A DNA stretch of 64,000 nucleotides from a virus. The translations under genes and the position numbers were made by a program. Below the pieces are notes generated by a model that had not been told where the DNA came from, made no database searches, and was given only the letters and a program-made list of their open reading frames with translations. The stretch covers positions 1 to 64,000 of the IMG/VR virus record IMGVR_UViG_3300045747_000527. One strand, 5' to 3'. This document shows positions 36,587 to 47,300 of the stretch, in pieces. Within the stretch, counting starts at the first letter, position 1. Every line of letters starts with the position of its first letter.

Positions 36587-36717
36587 AGCAGGGAGAACTA
36601 CTCCTCTGCATGAACCGCAGGAGATGATGATGGAACACTCTAAGGCCGCTCAACTGAATACGCAGAGTGAAAAACATCATCCCAGCTTGGCCGGCGAAAG
36701 CCGGCTTTCATTAGCCC
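36587..36717 (+). ncRNA. candidate structured small RNA (~130 nt)
   Basis: Bounded by a promoter motif and a terminator; three predicted stems (36588-36609, 36626-36681, 36690-36705); no ORF of meaningful length ends inside it. Confidence 0.5.
36690..36717 (+). terminator. hairpin terminator with TTTCATTAGCCC tail
   Basis: GCCGGC-gaaa-GCCGGC (GNRA loop) then TTTCATTAGCCC. Confidence 0.75.
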
Positions 36718-37217
36718 TATGACAGTTGGCTGAACAAGCGGGACATCAGCATGTCCTGCGCTGTCGCAGTCCAGGCCGTAGGAAGAATGGGCTTGGCCAC
36801 TACCACGGACCAGCTGTCTACCTCAGGATCGAAGACCACCTTCGGTGTCTCTCGAAAGAATGAAGAGAACTCGTGCTGCAACTTTTCCCCTATGCCGCCC
36901 CACCAGGGGTACTTGGATAGGTGCTCCGTCAACTGGTCGTCTAGCTGGGCCAGCCGCCTAGGATTATCCGGAGATTGACTGGCCTCCTGCAGCGCCTCTG
37001 CGACCAGGCGCTTTCTCTCAACATGATAGATGTGGAAGATCAATCTGTTGCCACGCTCGGTGTACTCCACCAGAAGATTCCCCTTCTGCATTGGGGTGAA
37101 CACTGGCACGGAGTTGGCAAGTTTCCGGGCGGACGTTAGATCTTGTGGGGCCGTGGCCAAAGCCGCAGCTCCGCGTACCTCGTGGTGCGTGAGTGGCACC
37201 CTCGATGCATGGGACAT
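36717..37217 (-). CDS. hypothetical protein
   Basis: 166-aa ORF, AGGAGG RBS. Confidence 0.7.
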   Translation of the reverse strand: MSHASRVPLTHHEVRGAAALATAPQDLTSARKLANSVPVFTPMQKGNLLVEYTERGNRLIFHIYHVERKRLVAEALQEASQSPDNPRRLAQLDDQLTEHLSKYPWWGGIGEKLQHEFSSFFRETPKVVFDPEVDSWSVVVAKPILPTAWTATAQDMLMSRLFSQLS

Positions 37218-37226
37218 GTGTACCTC

Positions 37227-38126
37227 CTACGGTTCTTCAAGCAGTCGTGTTGATTGCGTTTCGCCAGTCCCTGCTCCCGACTGACTGTAGTTTAGCTTGG
37301 CCACTTCTTCGATAGACGGCACGGGTTTCGTGTTCTTATTCAGTCTGAATTTCTCGAAAGCTGTGAGTACGTCCTTCAGTGCCACGTCACTCTGGCGCAT
37401 TTCAGCTTCCGCAGAACACACCACCTTCATGTACTGGGACATGGTCCTGGAGTGCAATTCTCCAGCTGGCTGCCGCTCTATCTCCAGCAGCTTCATGAAC
37501 GCCACGTCCCTGATGCGTCTTGAAACAGAACCAGACGTGATGTTCGGGGGCGGGCCAGACAACCCGGTCACCCACGGCACGATCATATTTGCTGTGTCTG
37601 GTGCAGCCCGTACGATGGATTGAGCTGCCCCGTTTGGCTTGCGCTCATCCAGCAGTGACATCCACTCATCATCGGTCAGTAAGATCTTATTCCAGAAGTA
37701 ATGGCCGTACGTAGCCACGCCGTCGGGGGTCAGACTGATCTTAAAGTACTTGTTCAGCTGGATAGTCGCATCCTCCACCCTCATGGGAGAGAGCAGCAGG
37801 TCTTCCGTCAACGCCCGGACTCTTGGCTCCCCAAGGATGCGATATGCCTCCTGCACAGGCTCAGTGGGGTACCACAGGTCATGGATACCCTTGCGCTTCA
37901 TCCATTGGCGCGTGACCAGGTGGGCGTCCTTGTCTTTCTTCTTTGGCACCGCGGCGAACGGCTCGGGGTACGGCTCAAGGCTCAACTGTACCTTCTCAAG
38001 ATACCTGCCTGTTGGGTAGGCTATCTCGTGGTCATCGAGGACTCCCTCGATGGTGTCCACATCATGTTCGCGCCTTGAGAATAAGAAGCGAATAAAGTAT
38101 TCGGCCGGGGACCTGCTGAACGCCAC
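37227..38126 (-). CDS. hypothetical protein (possible small terminase by position only)
   Basis: 299-aa helical ORF two genes upstream of terL; no diagnostic motif recognised. Confidence 0.55.
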   Translation of the reverse strand: MAFSRSPAEYFIRFLFSRREHDVDTIEGVLDDHEIAYPTGRYLEKVQLSLEPYPEPFAAVPKKKDKDAHLVTRQWMKRKGIHDLWYPTEPVQEAYRILGEPRVRALTEDLLLSPMRVEDATIQLNKYFKISLTPDGVATYGHYFWNKILLTDDEWMSLLDERKPNGAAQSIVRAAPDTANMIVPWVTGLSGPPPNITSGSVSRRIRDVAFMKLLEIERQPAGELHSRTMSQYMKVVCSAEAEMRQSDVALKDVLTAFEKFRLNKNTKPVPSIEEVAKLNYSQSGAGTGETQSTRLLEEP

Positions 38127-38135
38127 GGTAGCCCC

Positions 38136-40184
38136 CTACTGTGCGTCGCTGTCTACTGTCTTCAGCCCCGCCACCACTTTGTCTAGGTGAACAAGAGACC
38201 GCTGGATGGCGCCCTCGTCTACAGAGTGGAGCCCAAGTCTGGCCGCGACTAGCAACTCTGCCAGCCGGCGGATGACGGTCTCAATCTCAGGGATGTAGCT
38301 GGCGAACACAGCCACGTTCTCGGGGGTGATGAACCCGAGAGACAGTATCTTGTCCACCGCAATAGGATCGTCGATGGCCGTCGCCTCTTTGAGAAGGATG
38401 TGGTCCGTGCCGCCCCGAACAGCAGACACTTTGTTGACCACCGCTTCGGCTACCTTGGGCATTCCCGTCGGCGCCATCGCCACAGGGCGTGCCTTGAACC
38501 AGCCATCGTAGCTACCCTTCTTCCGCATAGAAGACAGGTCTGCTGCGAACTTCACCGGGTCCTGCCCCAGCACCGCACCCAGGAAGATAGCCTCGTCTTT
38601 GGAGACATCGTTGGTGCGCAGAACACCAGCCAACTTGTCGATGGGCTGGCCGTCAAAGGAGAACCGCCTACCGTCTTGATCGGTGAACACGCGCACAGCC
38701 ATGGGAAGAACACGTGCCTGGGCCACCTTGCTAGCCTCGTCCACGGCCGCCTCTTCCGTAGGCCCGCCCATGATCTCTACGTCCTCACCCCAGGGGGCGA
38801 ACTTAGCCTCAGCAGGGACACCAAACGTGGTGGCATCGATCTGAGAAACCGCCTGCAGACCTGGCACCTTGCGCACCAGAAATTGCTGACCCATGCTGTC
38901 CGTGCAGCGGAAAGCCAGGGCACCGCCCATGACGACGGAACCATCCACAGAGACTGGCGCCAAGGCAATTGGCCCATCAGGTGCCTCAAAGTAGAAGACG
39001 CCCTCACCCACTGGCGGAACGTCCAAGGGCTGCTCCGTAGTCTCCAGGGGGGAGCCAGCCATGCCGCTACCCATCGCGGAGAACTCACCATCCGTGAAGA
39101 GCATGGTGGACAGCTCGCTACCATCCCAGTCCACTACGTGGGGGAATACCCACCCCGTCAGCGCCATGTTATCCGGCTGTGCACTCACCCGGTATTTGCC
39201 GAACTGCTGGATGAGCTGGAAGGGCTCGGCCTGTGCCAGGTCTTGCTGCTGCTCTGGTGGACCCGCGGTGGCCTGGCCGTTTTGGTCTGCTTCGTTGACC
39301 ATCTCCGGGCCCAGGGCCTGGGTAGCCTCTGGCCGTGAGACATCAGCCTGCGCCGGGGGCGCCATAGAATCAGGATTTGCCATCTTGATCCTGTACCCTT
39401 CTGCCAACTTCAGAAGTTGAACGACAGTACGTTCGCCAACTTCCAGTGCACCGGCAGAGGCCACTTTACGTGTCCCCTCACCTGCATGCATGAGGGTCTC
39501 GATAAAGTGCGCCATGGCCCCATTGTGCACAGCCGCGTGTCCTATGGCCGCGTCCTTCTCCAACAAGCCGATCATGGAGGCCACGTCCGCGCGCTGAACG
39601 GACGGCATGAGCGCGTCCATGAGATACTCAGGCTTAGCCGAACCCTCTTTGCTCGCACCTGACGAACCGATGTCCGCCATGAGGGGACCGCGGGCACCAC
39701 CGTACTGACGATGAGGCGGGTAAAGCTGTTCGATCATACTCATATCGCCAGGCCGCTCACGCACAGCCTCGAATAGCTGCGGGCGGAACATGGCACGGCG
39801 CAGACGCTCTTCTGTCAGCGGCTCGGTCTTGCCGTCAGAGAGGAGGAGGTCCAAGGGCTTCATCCTGCCATCCTGTACGATGACTGGGATGCACGCCTTC
39901 TGACTTCCCTTGAGCGCGGCAGGTGTCGAGTCATCCCGCGGGTTGATGGCGAGCTTGTTGCTCAGCTCCACCTGTCCCAGGGCATACCGCCTGTCTGCAT
40001 CCACCGTGGGAAGGACCACCTTGGGGCTAAAGTCGCTGGTATAGGGCACCTGGCGCAACAGTTCGTCGAGAATCTGTGTCGGCCAATCGTTGGGGTCCTC
40101 GCTCAGCATGACTTCCATGCCCAGCTTTTCAAACTTCAATTCCGTATCGAGGTATAGCTCCATGTGATCCCTCTCGTTAGTCAC
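38136..40184 (-). CDS. large putative virion/head assembly protein
   Basis: 682 aa; EKLG, KEGSA, KVAS, KVAQ, KVAE, KEAT motifs. Confidence 0.65.
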   Translation of the reverse strand: MTNERDHMELYLDTELKFEKLGMEVMLSEDPNDWPTQILDELLRQVPYTSDFSPKVVLPTVDADRRYALGQVELSNKLAINPRDDSTPAALKGSQKACIPVIVQDGRMKPLDLLLSDGKTEPLTEERLRRAMFRPQLFEAVRERPGDMSMIEQLYPPHRQYGGARGPLMADIGSSGASKEGSAKPEYLMDALMPSVQRADVASMIGLLEKDAAIGHAAVHNGAMAHFIETLMHAGEGTRKVASAGALEVGERTVVQLLKLAEGYRIKMANPDSMAPPAQADVSRPEATQALGPEMVNEADQNGQATAGPPEQQQDLAQAEPFQLIQQFGKYRVSAQPDNMALTGWVFPHVVDWDGSELSTMLFTDGEFSAMGSGMAGSPLETTEQPLDVPPVGEGVFYFEAPDGPIALAPVSVDGSVVMGGALAFRCTDSMGQQFLVRKVPGLQAVSQIDATTFGVPAEAKFAPWGEDVEIMGGPTEEAAVDEASKVAQARVLPMAVRVFTDQDGRRFSFDGQPIDKLAGVLRTNDVSKDEAIFLGAVLGQDPVKFAADLSSMRKKGSYDGWFKARPVAMAPTGMPKVAEAVVNKVSAVRGGTDHILLKEATAIDDPIAVDKILSLGFITPENVAVFASYIPEIETVIRRLAELLVAARLGLHSVDEGAIQRSLVHLDKVVAGLKTVDSDAQ

Positions 40185-41340
40185 TGATCAGAACTTTTCT
40201 AGATAGCATAGCAGGCGTTGGCGGGTCTACCTTGATTCCCACCGTCGCGAGTGTTGTCACAAGGTTCAGCAGCCATGGCACTACGATATCACCATGCAGG
40301 GCGGGATGAGAAGCGTTTGGGCCGCCAAGAAATAAAGCAGAGGCCCCGATTGTCTTCACCCCTGTCCAACTCTCAGTGCTTCCTCCTCCGCCACTGATCT
40401 TATGTTCGCCAGAGATGTCTGTGCTCTGTGAACCTTTCACCGTCGTGGTGTGGTCCTTTCCAACTGACAGAGAGCAGTTCCCTGAGATGGTATTAGTCTG
40501 ATCGCCGCCTACCTCGACTGTCAGATCTGAGGAGTACTTCGTGTACCCGACGCCGGTATTGAAGACTCGCATGACATAGGCTGGCTTCGCACTGATAGTC
40601 TCGCCGGTCGTGGGGTTTATCCCACCCGCAGCCACTACTACTTCGTAGTCTGCACCAGACTTGGCAACCGTACCTACACTGATACGAACTGACGCCTTCT
40701 CATCCTGAGCAGCTTCTCTCGCGATAAGATCGAACTGTACCGCCTGGTGTTGGTTGTCCGGTCCTGTGTCTGCGACCGCAGCTCGCCAGGTCATTGAGCC
40801 ACCAACTGTGTCAAGTTCCCAGTTCTCGCATACATCCCGGATAAGGTTGTTGAGTGGAATGAAGAGGCGCTGACAGATGTCAGAGGCCCCAATCTGCAGA
40901 ACACCACCACGACGCAGGACTAGGAAGTTGTCATCCCTTCCCTGGATATATAGATCTCCAGGGTTCAGAAGAGGTCGTCCAGCGTTGTACCCGCCCATCG
41001 AAGGCTGGTCTGCCGACTGTGGAGAGCCTGATGCCACTGTCATAGCCGGCTCCGGTGGCTCCAAGAATCCCATAACAAACGGAGCCTCCCCGTCTGCTGG
41101 CCAACATACGGCGCAGATAGCACCAAGGTCTGGTATGACCGTGAACCCTTCACCGTTGTTGTAGTGTAGGTACGGGGAGGATACCTGAATACCGGGAACC
41201 AGACGTCCAGTGTACTGTGCTGCCCAGTCCACGGTCTTGTTGACTGGGTTGACGTTAACGATCAACCCAGTTTCTACCCGCGTCTCTCCCGTTACGGTAG
41301 ACGATGCCCTGGAATTACCGAAGCTATACGCGCCAGCCAT
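40177..41340 (-). CDS. tail spike / baseplate puncturing protein (gpV/gp5/VgrG-like)
   Basis: N-terminal OB-fold-like GLIVNVNPVNKTVD...GEGFTVIPDLGAICAV; C-terminal beta-helix repeats VGGDQTNTISGNCSLSVGKDHTTTVKGSQSTDISG. Confidence 0.7.
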   Translation of the reverse strand: MAGAYSFGNSRASSTVTGETRVETGLIVNVNPVNKTVDWAAQYTGRLVPGIQVSSPYLHYNNGEGFTVIPDLGAICAVCWPADGEAPFVMGFLEPPEPAMTVASGSPQSADQPSMGGYNAGRPLLNPGDLYIQGRDDNFLVLRRGGVLQIGASDICQRLFIPLNNLIRDVCENWELDTVGGSMTWRAAVADTGPDNQHQAVQFDLIAREAAQDEKASVRISVGTVAKSGADYEVVVAAGGINPTTGETISAKPAYVMRVFNTGVGYTKYSSDLTVEVGGDQTNTISGNCSLSVGKDHTTTVKGSQSTDISGEHKISGGGGSTESWTGVKTIGASALFLGGPNASHPALHGDIVVPWLLNLVTTLATVGIKVDPPTPAMLSRKVLISD

Positions 41341-44300
41341 CAGTACTCTCCTGGCTTGCCCCTACCAAACTCTGCGGCATAGGCGATGGCAGGGATCGGG
41401 TGTGGGCCGTGAATGTGGGAAGTCCAGCCACGTTGAGCGGCGTCTATGACGGTATCATGCAGCCGCTCATGGTTGAGTTTCGCCATCCAATCTTCTTGAA
41501 CTTCCAGAGGCATCATGTCCACCCCCTTCAGCAAAGGCTTGTGAAGCACTGGCTTCTGCCCCACGGCAAGGGACCTGTTGTGCGCCACCACCTGAGATGT
41601 CGGAGCATAGTCGCCCCGAATGAAGTGGGTAGAAGACCCTGGGTGCAACACCTCCGTAAGATTGGTGACCGCCTTCACCACCACCTCAGCATTCCGCCGT
41701 CTGATGCCCTCACTCTTGTACCGGTCATACAATGCCCCTGCTAGATGTCCCTGTGTGTGCTCGATGCCGGTGAGCTCCAGCAACTCGTGCGGATTGACGG
41801 GCCCTCCAGAAATGGCACTCCCCTTCTTCACATCCATCCCCTTCTTGAGCGGTGACCCGTCGTACATAGGTACGCCGCGCGAGTTGGGAACGTAGTGGCG
41901 GCGACCATCAACGATCACGTCATGACCACCAGCCGGGTCCTTCCGTATCTCCTCCACCTTTCCAGTGACAGCACTGAGCGTAGCCGAACCAGGCAATACC
42001 TTCGGCAAATTCAGCAGGTCCTGCACCTGCTGGAAATCATCCGTGAGACCAGACTTGGACGCAGCCGATCCGCCCGTATGAAAGGCCTTCATGGCGAGCT
42101 GAACCGACCTCTCACCCAACGCCTGACCTGCGAGGATGCCGATGTTCGTCCCCACTGGCGGCAGATGACCGTCACTGTCCAGCCCGAAACACTTCTGGCA
42201 AATACCGGGGCCGTGCAAGCAGCGCAGCGGTGACCTGACCACTACCTTGCCTACCTTATTGTTGCGAAGAGTACTTTTGATCTCAGGAGTTATCAGTGTT
42301 CCAGCCGGGAGGGTTCGGCTGCCAACCTTGATGGGCGCTGCTGTGTACCGGTCAAGTATGTCCCTCTCGTCCACGTCCAAAGAGATACCCTTGTCAGTGC
42401 CGCAGTCATTGTCCTTCACCAGCGTGTCCATCGTGGTGTTCATGACCATCTTGCTGATGTACCCAGGCTCGCTGACCGATTGCACCTTTTGGATCGCCCC
42501 TTTACGAGCGCCGCTCACCGACGTCCAGTACTCTGATACGTCCAAGCCTTCTGCATATGACTTGCGGATAGGCGTGGGGAGCACACGCCCCTTGGCGTCC
42601 ATGACCAGCATCGGAGACATCTTGATCTGACGGAGAGTATCCATACCGGGCTTGACCCCTGCACGGTGCATGGTCATCAAGTTGCTGCTCTCGTCCGTCA
42701 TCTTATCCAGGGCCGCGTGCATCGTCTCTGTAGCCTTCGTGTACGCAGCGATACTGTGCGCGTCTCGTTTCTCCGCGGAGCCTGTGCCCTTCTTGGCCTC
42801 AATATCTGCAACCGCGAGTATCTTGTCCCGCAGCGCTCGGTCTGGGGTCACATCTGACAACCCAAGGGAGAACGAACTCTGAGTAGACCACGCGTTACCT
42901 AGGTCCTTCAGCTTGTTGACGACAACCCCGTACTCGTTCTTGTGCTCCCGTGCCAGCTTGTCCAGCAGCGCATCCTGTGCCTTGCCGTTCAGTACGGATG
43001 TGCTGGTGAGAACCTCCTTGCGCATAACCTCCGGCAGTGCACCAGCCAATAGGAAACGCCCAACCGAAGCCTTGATACCAGAGATTGTGATCACATCATT
43101 CAGGCGCGCTTCCCCCTTTCGTACGGCAGTCTCCACCTCCTGGATGGTCTTGAACGACTTGCCAGTATCCGTGCCGGCTTTCGATATGCCGTACAGGCCC
43201 AGCTTCATCTCGTGCGTGGGTGAGTACATCACCCTGCCCGTAGACGGGCTAAACAGATTGTGGGAGGGCATCATCCCCCGCGCCTCTGTTACCGCCTGTG
43301 CTGACACAGGAACGAACGCACCCATGGCATCACCGTCGAAGTCTGCGTTGAATCCCGACGTAACCAACGGGTGTATCTGGATGGTACGCCCGCTCACGAT
43401 GCGTGGCTTGAACGCCTGCACACTGTATTTGTGCAAGACCGGGTCTCTTTTCACCAAGATAGGTCGGTCAGAGATGACCCGCTCTAGCGCGCGATCAACC
43501 ATCTCTCCGCCCTTCTCAATCTGCGCACGGGCTGCCAGTGGAGAGATGCCCTGCAAGTTGCGCAACTCCTTGATGATGAACGGTTTGTAGAGCTCGATAG
43601 CCGCGGGCTTAGGGATACCCACCTCGTCCAGACCCAGTGAAGGTTCGGGTACGATGGTGGAGCGCATCGTTAGATCTTGCTTCCGCTGTATCAGCTTGCT
43701 CTGGAAGAAGCCCTGTTTCGGCGCACCAGACTTCTCCCCTGTCTCAGTATCCACCACTCGCTTGCCGGCTATGATGTCCAAGATGCCGCGACGAACCTGC
43801 TTAGGGTACCCGCCAATACCAGTCAGGGCGTGCAGACCATCGTGGATTTCCTCACGCAAAGCAACCTTCGCCTCATCATCGTCCGGGATAAGCGGCGACA
43901 TCTCCTTGTACTTCTGCGAAGACAGGTGAATGTACTTGTACAACCCGTTCAGATCATCCTCGCTGATGCGCTTGCCATCCGAGACAGAAAGCGGCCGCAT
44001 AGCCGGGGGCAAGATGGGCACGTGGCTCATCATGTACGCATCTTGCGGAGTCAGCTTTGCCCTCTGAAGGGCAGTCAAGAACTTGATCGTCTTGTTCGCG
44101 TCGTCCAGCTTGGCCCCCTTCAAAGCGGGCTTCTCAATCTCAAGCCGAGCAGCCGCGAGTGCCTTGTCCACGCTGATGTTACCAAGCAGGTGGTTCACTG
44201 CCTTGCCGCCCACCATTGCCCCTGGAGATTCTACGGGAACTACCTTGCCTGTCTTATCCACAGCGACTCGGCCGGCGACCAAGTCAGTGTACGTGGTCCC

Positions 44301-47300
44301 CTTCATGCCGAGTAACGTACGAGTTGCTCCCGCGAACAGAGGATTGGGGAACGGCTCCGGCAAAGTCATGTGCGACCACATGGTGCCGTCCAAGCCGCCG
44401 GTAATCCGCGGGTCGAAGAGGCCATCCTTTTCGGGCACCATGTTCTTTGCGCGGACCCATTTGGCAGGGTTTTTGATCTCCCCGTTACTCTGCTCTAAAA
44501 CCTGCTTGTCCGTCATCGGCACCATCGTGAGGTTGCTGCCCTCCTTCTTGACGTTGACCCCGACACCCTTCAGGTACGCCATGAACTTGTTGTAGGAGAA
44601 CGTAGGCCGCGGAGCCGGAAGCATCTCACCTGCCTGAAGGGCATGCCAAAACTGGTCGTGCTGACCTGCATCGCTCTTCATCGTGTACATCTCGCGCAGG
44701 TTATGGACCGCGCCATGGGCCAACATGGCGTACAACCCTAGCGCGCCCAGCGACTGGGCTCCGTGTGGGCCACCGCCCTTAGGCACCATACTGCTGTCGT
44801 AGGCGTAGCCGGGGCCGCCGGCGCGAGCAATCATCTTCTTGTCCACCTGGTGAACCAGCTTGACGATGTGTTGTGGGCCCACCAGCACCTGACCCATGAC
44901 CTTCCCGGTCGTAGGGTCTACTATGTCCTCCTTGTCCGGAAGTCCGTGCGCCTTGAGCTCGTCTGTGACTTTTTGGTGCAGGTCTACGCCAGGCTCGAAG
45001 TTCTTAATGAAGTAGGTCTTGCCGGTCTTCTCTGCAATCTTTCCGGCAGAGACCTCCAACAGCTGTCCCAAGTTAGTGCGGCCGGGAACACCTGCAGGGT
45101 TAAGTAAGATCTCCGTGGGCCTGCCATCCAAGGTATGTGGCATCTCGTGATCGGCAAGGATCTTAGTCACGATCCCCTTGTTTCCGTGGCGACCTGCTAA
45201 CTTATCCCCGACCTCCATAGGTTGGAGTGTCTTCACGTGGACCGCCACAGCGTGGCCTGTCTTGGACACCTCCTGGACGATACCTGGGTGGTCTGCCTCC
45301 CACTTCATCGAGACGTCCTTGAACGGCTTAACGATGGACTTGTGCAGCTTGGACAGGTCCGCGTCTTCCCGGCGCTCGTTTTCGTTCTTCTGCTGAAGGG
45401 CAGCGATCAATGTGTCGCCTGGCATGACGATGTGTCCTTCGCGAACAACGCCGTCATCATCCAGCTTATCCGCCTGCTCCTTGTTCAAGGCCGCGGGTGC
45501 ATAGGCACGAAACTTCCTCTTGTCTAGGACATGCCCGGTATCCCGGCTGATCTCATGGCGGTACAAGTGCTCTGAAGACAGCTTCTTCGCCGCGGTCTCG
45601 CTGATGACAACGCCGTCCTCGAAGTTGTATCCCTTGTACGGCATGTAGGCCACGCGCAGATTAGTGCCCAGCGCCAGGTTGCCGCCCTTAGTGTAGTTGG
45701 TGTCCGCTACCACCTGGCCCTTCGTAACCTTGTCGCCTACTCCTACAAGAGGCTCTGAGTGGATGAACACACGGTCCGTGTTCAGTGGGAAGTTATCGTA
45801 GAGCTGGACCTCATGCTTCTTCCCCTTGACGTCCTCAATGATAATCCCGTCCTTCTTGATCTTGGTGACGACACCATCATGCTGGCTGTTGTGACTAGCG
45901 TACGCGCCCACTATCCTCTCGAAGCTGTCCTTACCCGCCAGGCTCTGCACCAGGGGCGCTTCCCTATCCTTCAGAGAGATGGCTTGCTCCATGTGCCGGC
46001 CCGCCATAGTAGTACGGTTAGGGTGGTCTGCTCCCATGAACGGGATCATATTAGTGGACGTAGAAAACAGCTGGATCGGGTCAAGCATAACGTAATCCGC
46101 TTCGTGCAGAGGCGCAGATACGATTTCGTTACCCACGCCACTCATGCGGATGTTCTTGGCTACCGCTACCGGCTTGCCCTTAGCCCACGTAACCTGATCT
46201 GGCAGCACCACCTTGGTGCGCATGACCTGACTAGGTGTGATCTCAGTCTGCTTGCCCGTCTTTGTGTCATAGACCCGCATGGTAATATCGTGGCCGCGCT
46301 TGCTGATACCTACGGGCATTCGCAAACTGATGCCGACATCCTGTCCTTCGGACGTGTGCAGCGGGTCCATGAACCCCATGTGTGACGGGTCTACTAGCTT
46401 AGCGTCGTCCGACACAACGTGAAAATCTGAGATGCCTCCCTTACCCATGATGGTGGTTTTCATCTGGTTAGAGATCATCTCAAGCGGGTTCAGCTGACTG
46501 GGTGTGTTTGCCAAACCGCTGTTGCCCGTGAACAAGGACCTTACGGACTTGTTGAACACGTCGGGGCCAATGATATCGCGGATGCCTCTGTCTGGTCGGT
46601 CGATGGTGTTCTTGACCTTACGTGTGATCTCTCTGGCTCCGTTCTGTACCCGCTCCGCCACAAAGTCCTCCACAGAATGCAGGTCCTTGAACATGAGTGA
46701 GTCGCGCGGGTCAGACTTGGCTGTGCCGCGGGAGATGCCTAACAGCTTATTCGACGCCGCTAAGATCGCTTCCCCACTAGCATTCGCGTATGGATGCCCG
46801 AGGGTGACCTGGTTGACGTCAGGGCGCGATCCAGTGTTCTGGAACACCTCCTGGGTAACAGACTGTGCTGTCTCGGGGTTAGGCGCCTTTTGCCCCGTAG
46901 CTATTTCGTGGAATCTAGACAGAGTCTTGTTCGCGTCAGCTGCGTTCGCGTCTACGATCTCCTTACCCCAGTGTTTCTCAAGTTCATCTGGGTGAATCCC
47001 CAGACCCTGTAGCATCGGAGCCAACGGCAGGTGCTTGCCCTCGTACTCCATCTGGAACTTCTTGCTCTCGGGATCGAAGTGCAGCTTGAACGGGCGCCCC
47101 TTCACTCCGGCAGTGTTGAAGCTGGTCTCCAACGACCCGTCATCCTTGACCATGGAGTATGCACCAGCCTTCAAACGCCACTGGTTGTCTACCTGGTACT
47201 CCTTGCCATCGATAATGTGGCTGAGCCTGCGCGTACTCTTGGGCAGGTCCATCAGCTTGATCTTCTTTTTCTCGATAACGTGGCCAGTAGCGTTATCCTT

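Noticed and set aside
36624-36722. 32-aa peptide MMMEHSKAAQ... as the product of the mini transcription unit
   Set aside because: Its stop lies past the terminator and its start codons are buried in stem P2. An ncRNA is the better explanation, though translation is not excluded.
37227-38126. Small terminase subunit
   Set aside because: Only position suggests it; no recognisable motif, so it is left as hypothetical.
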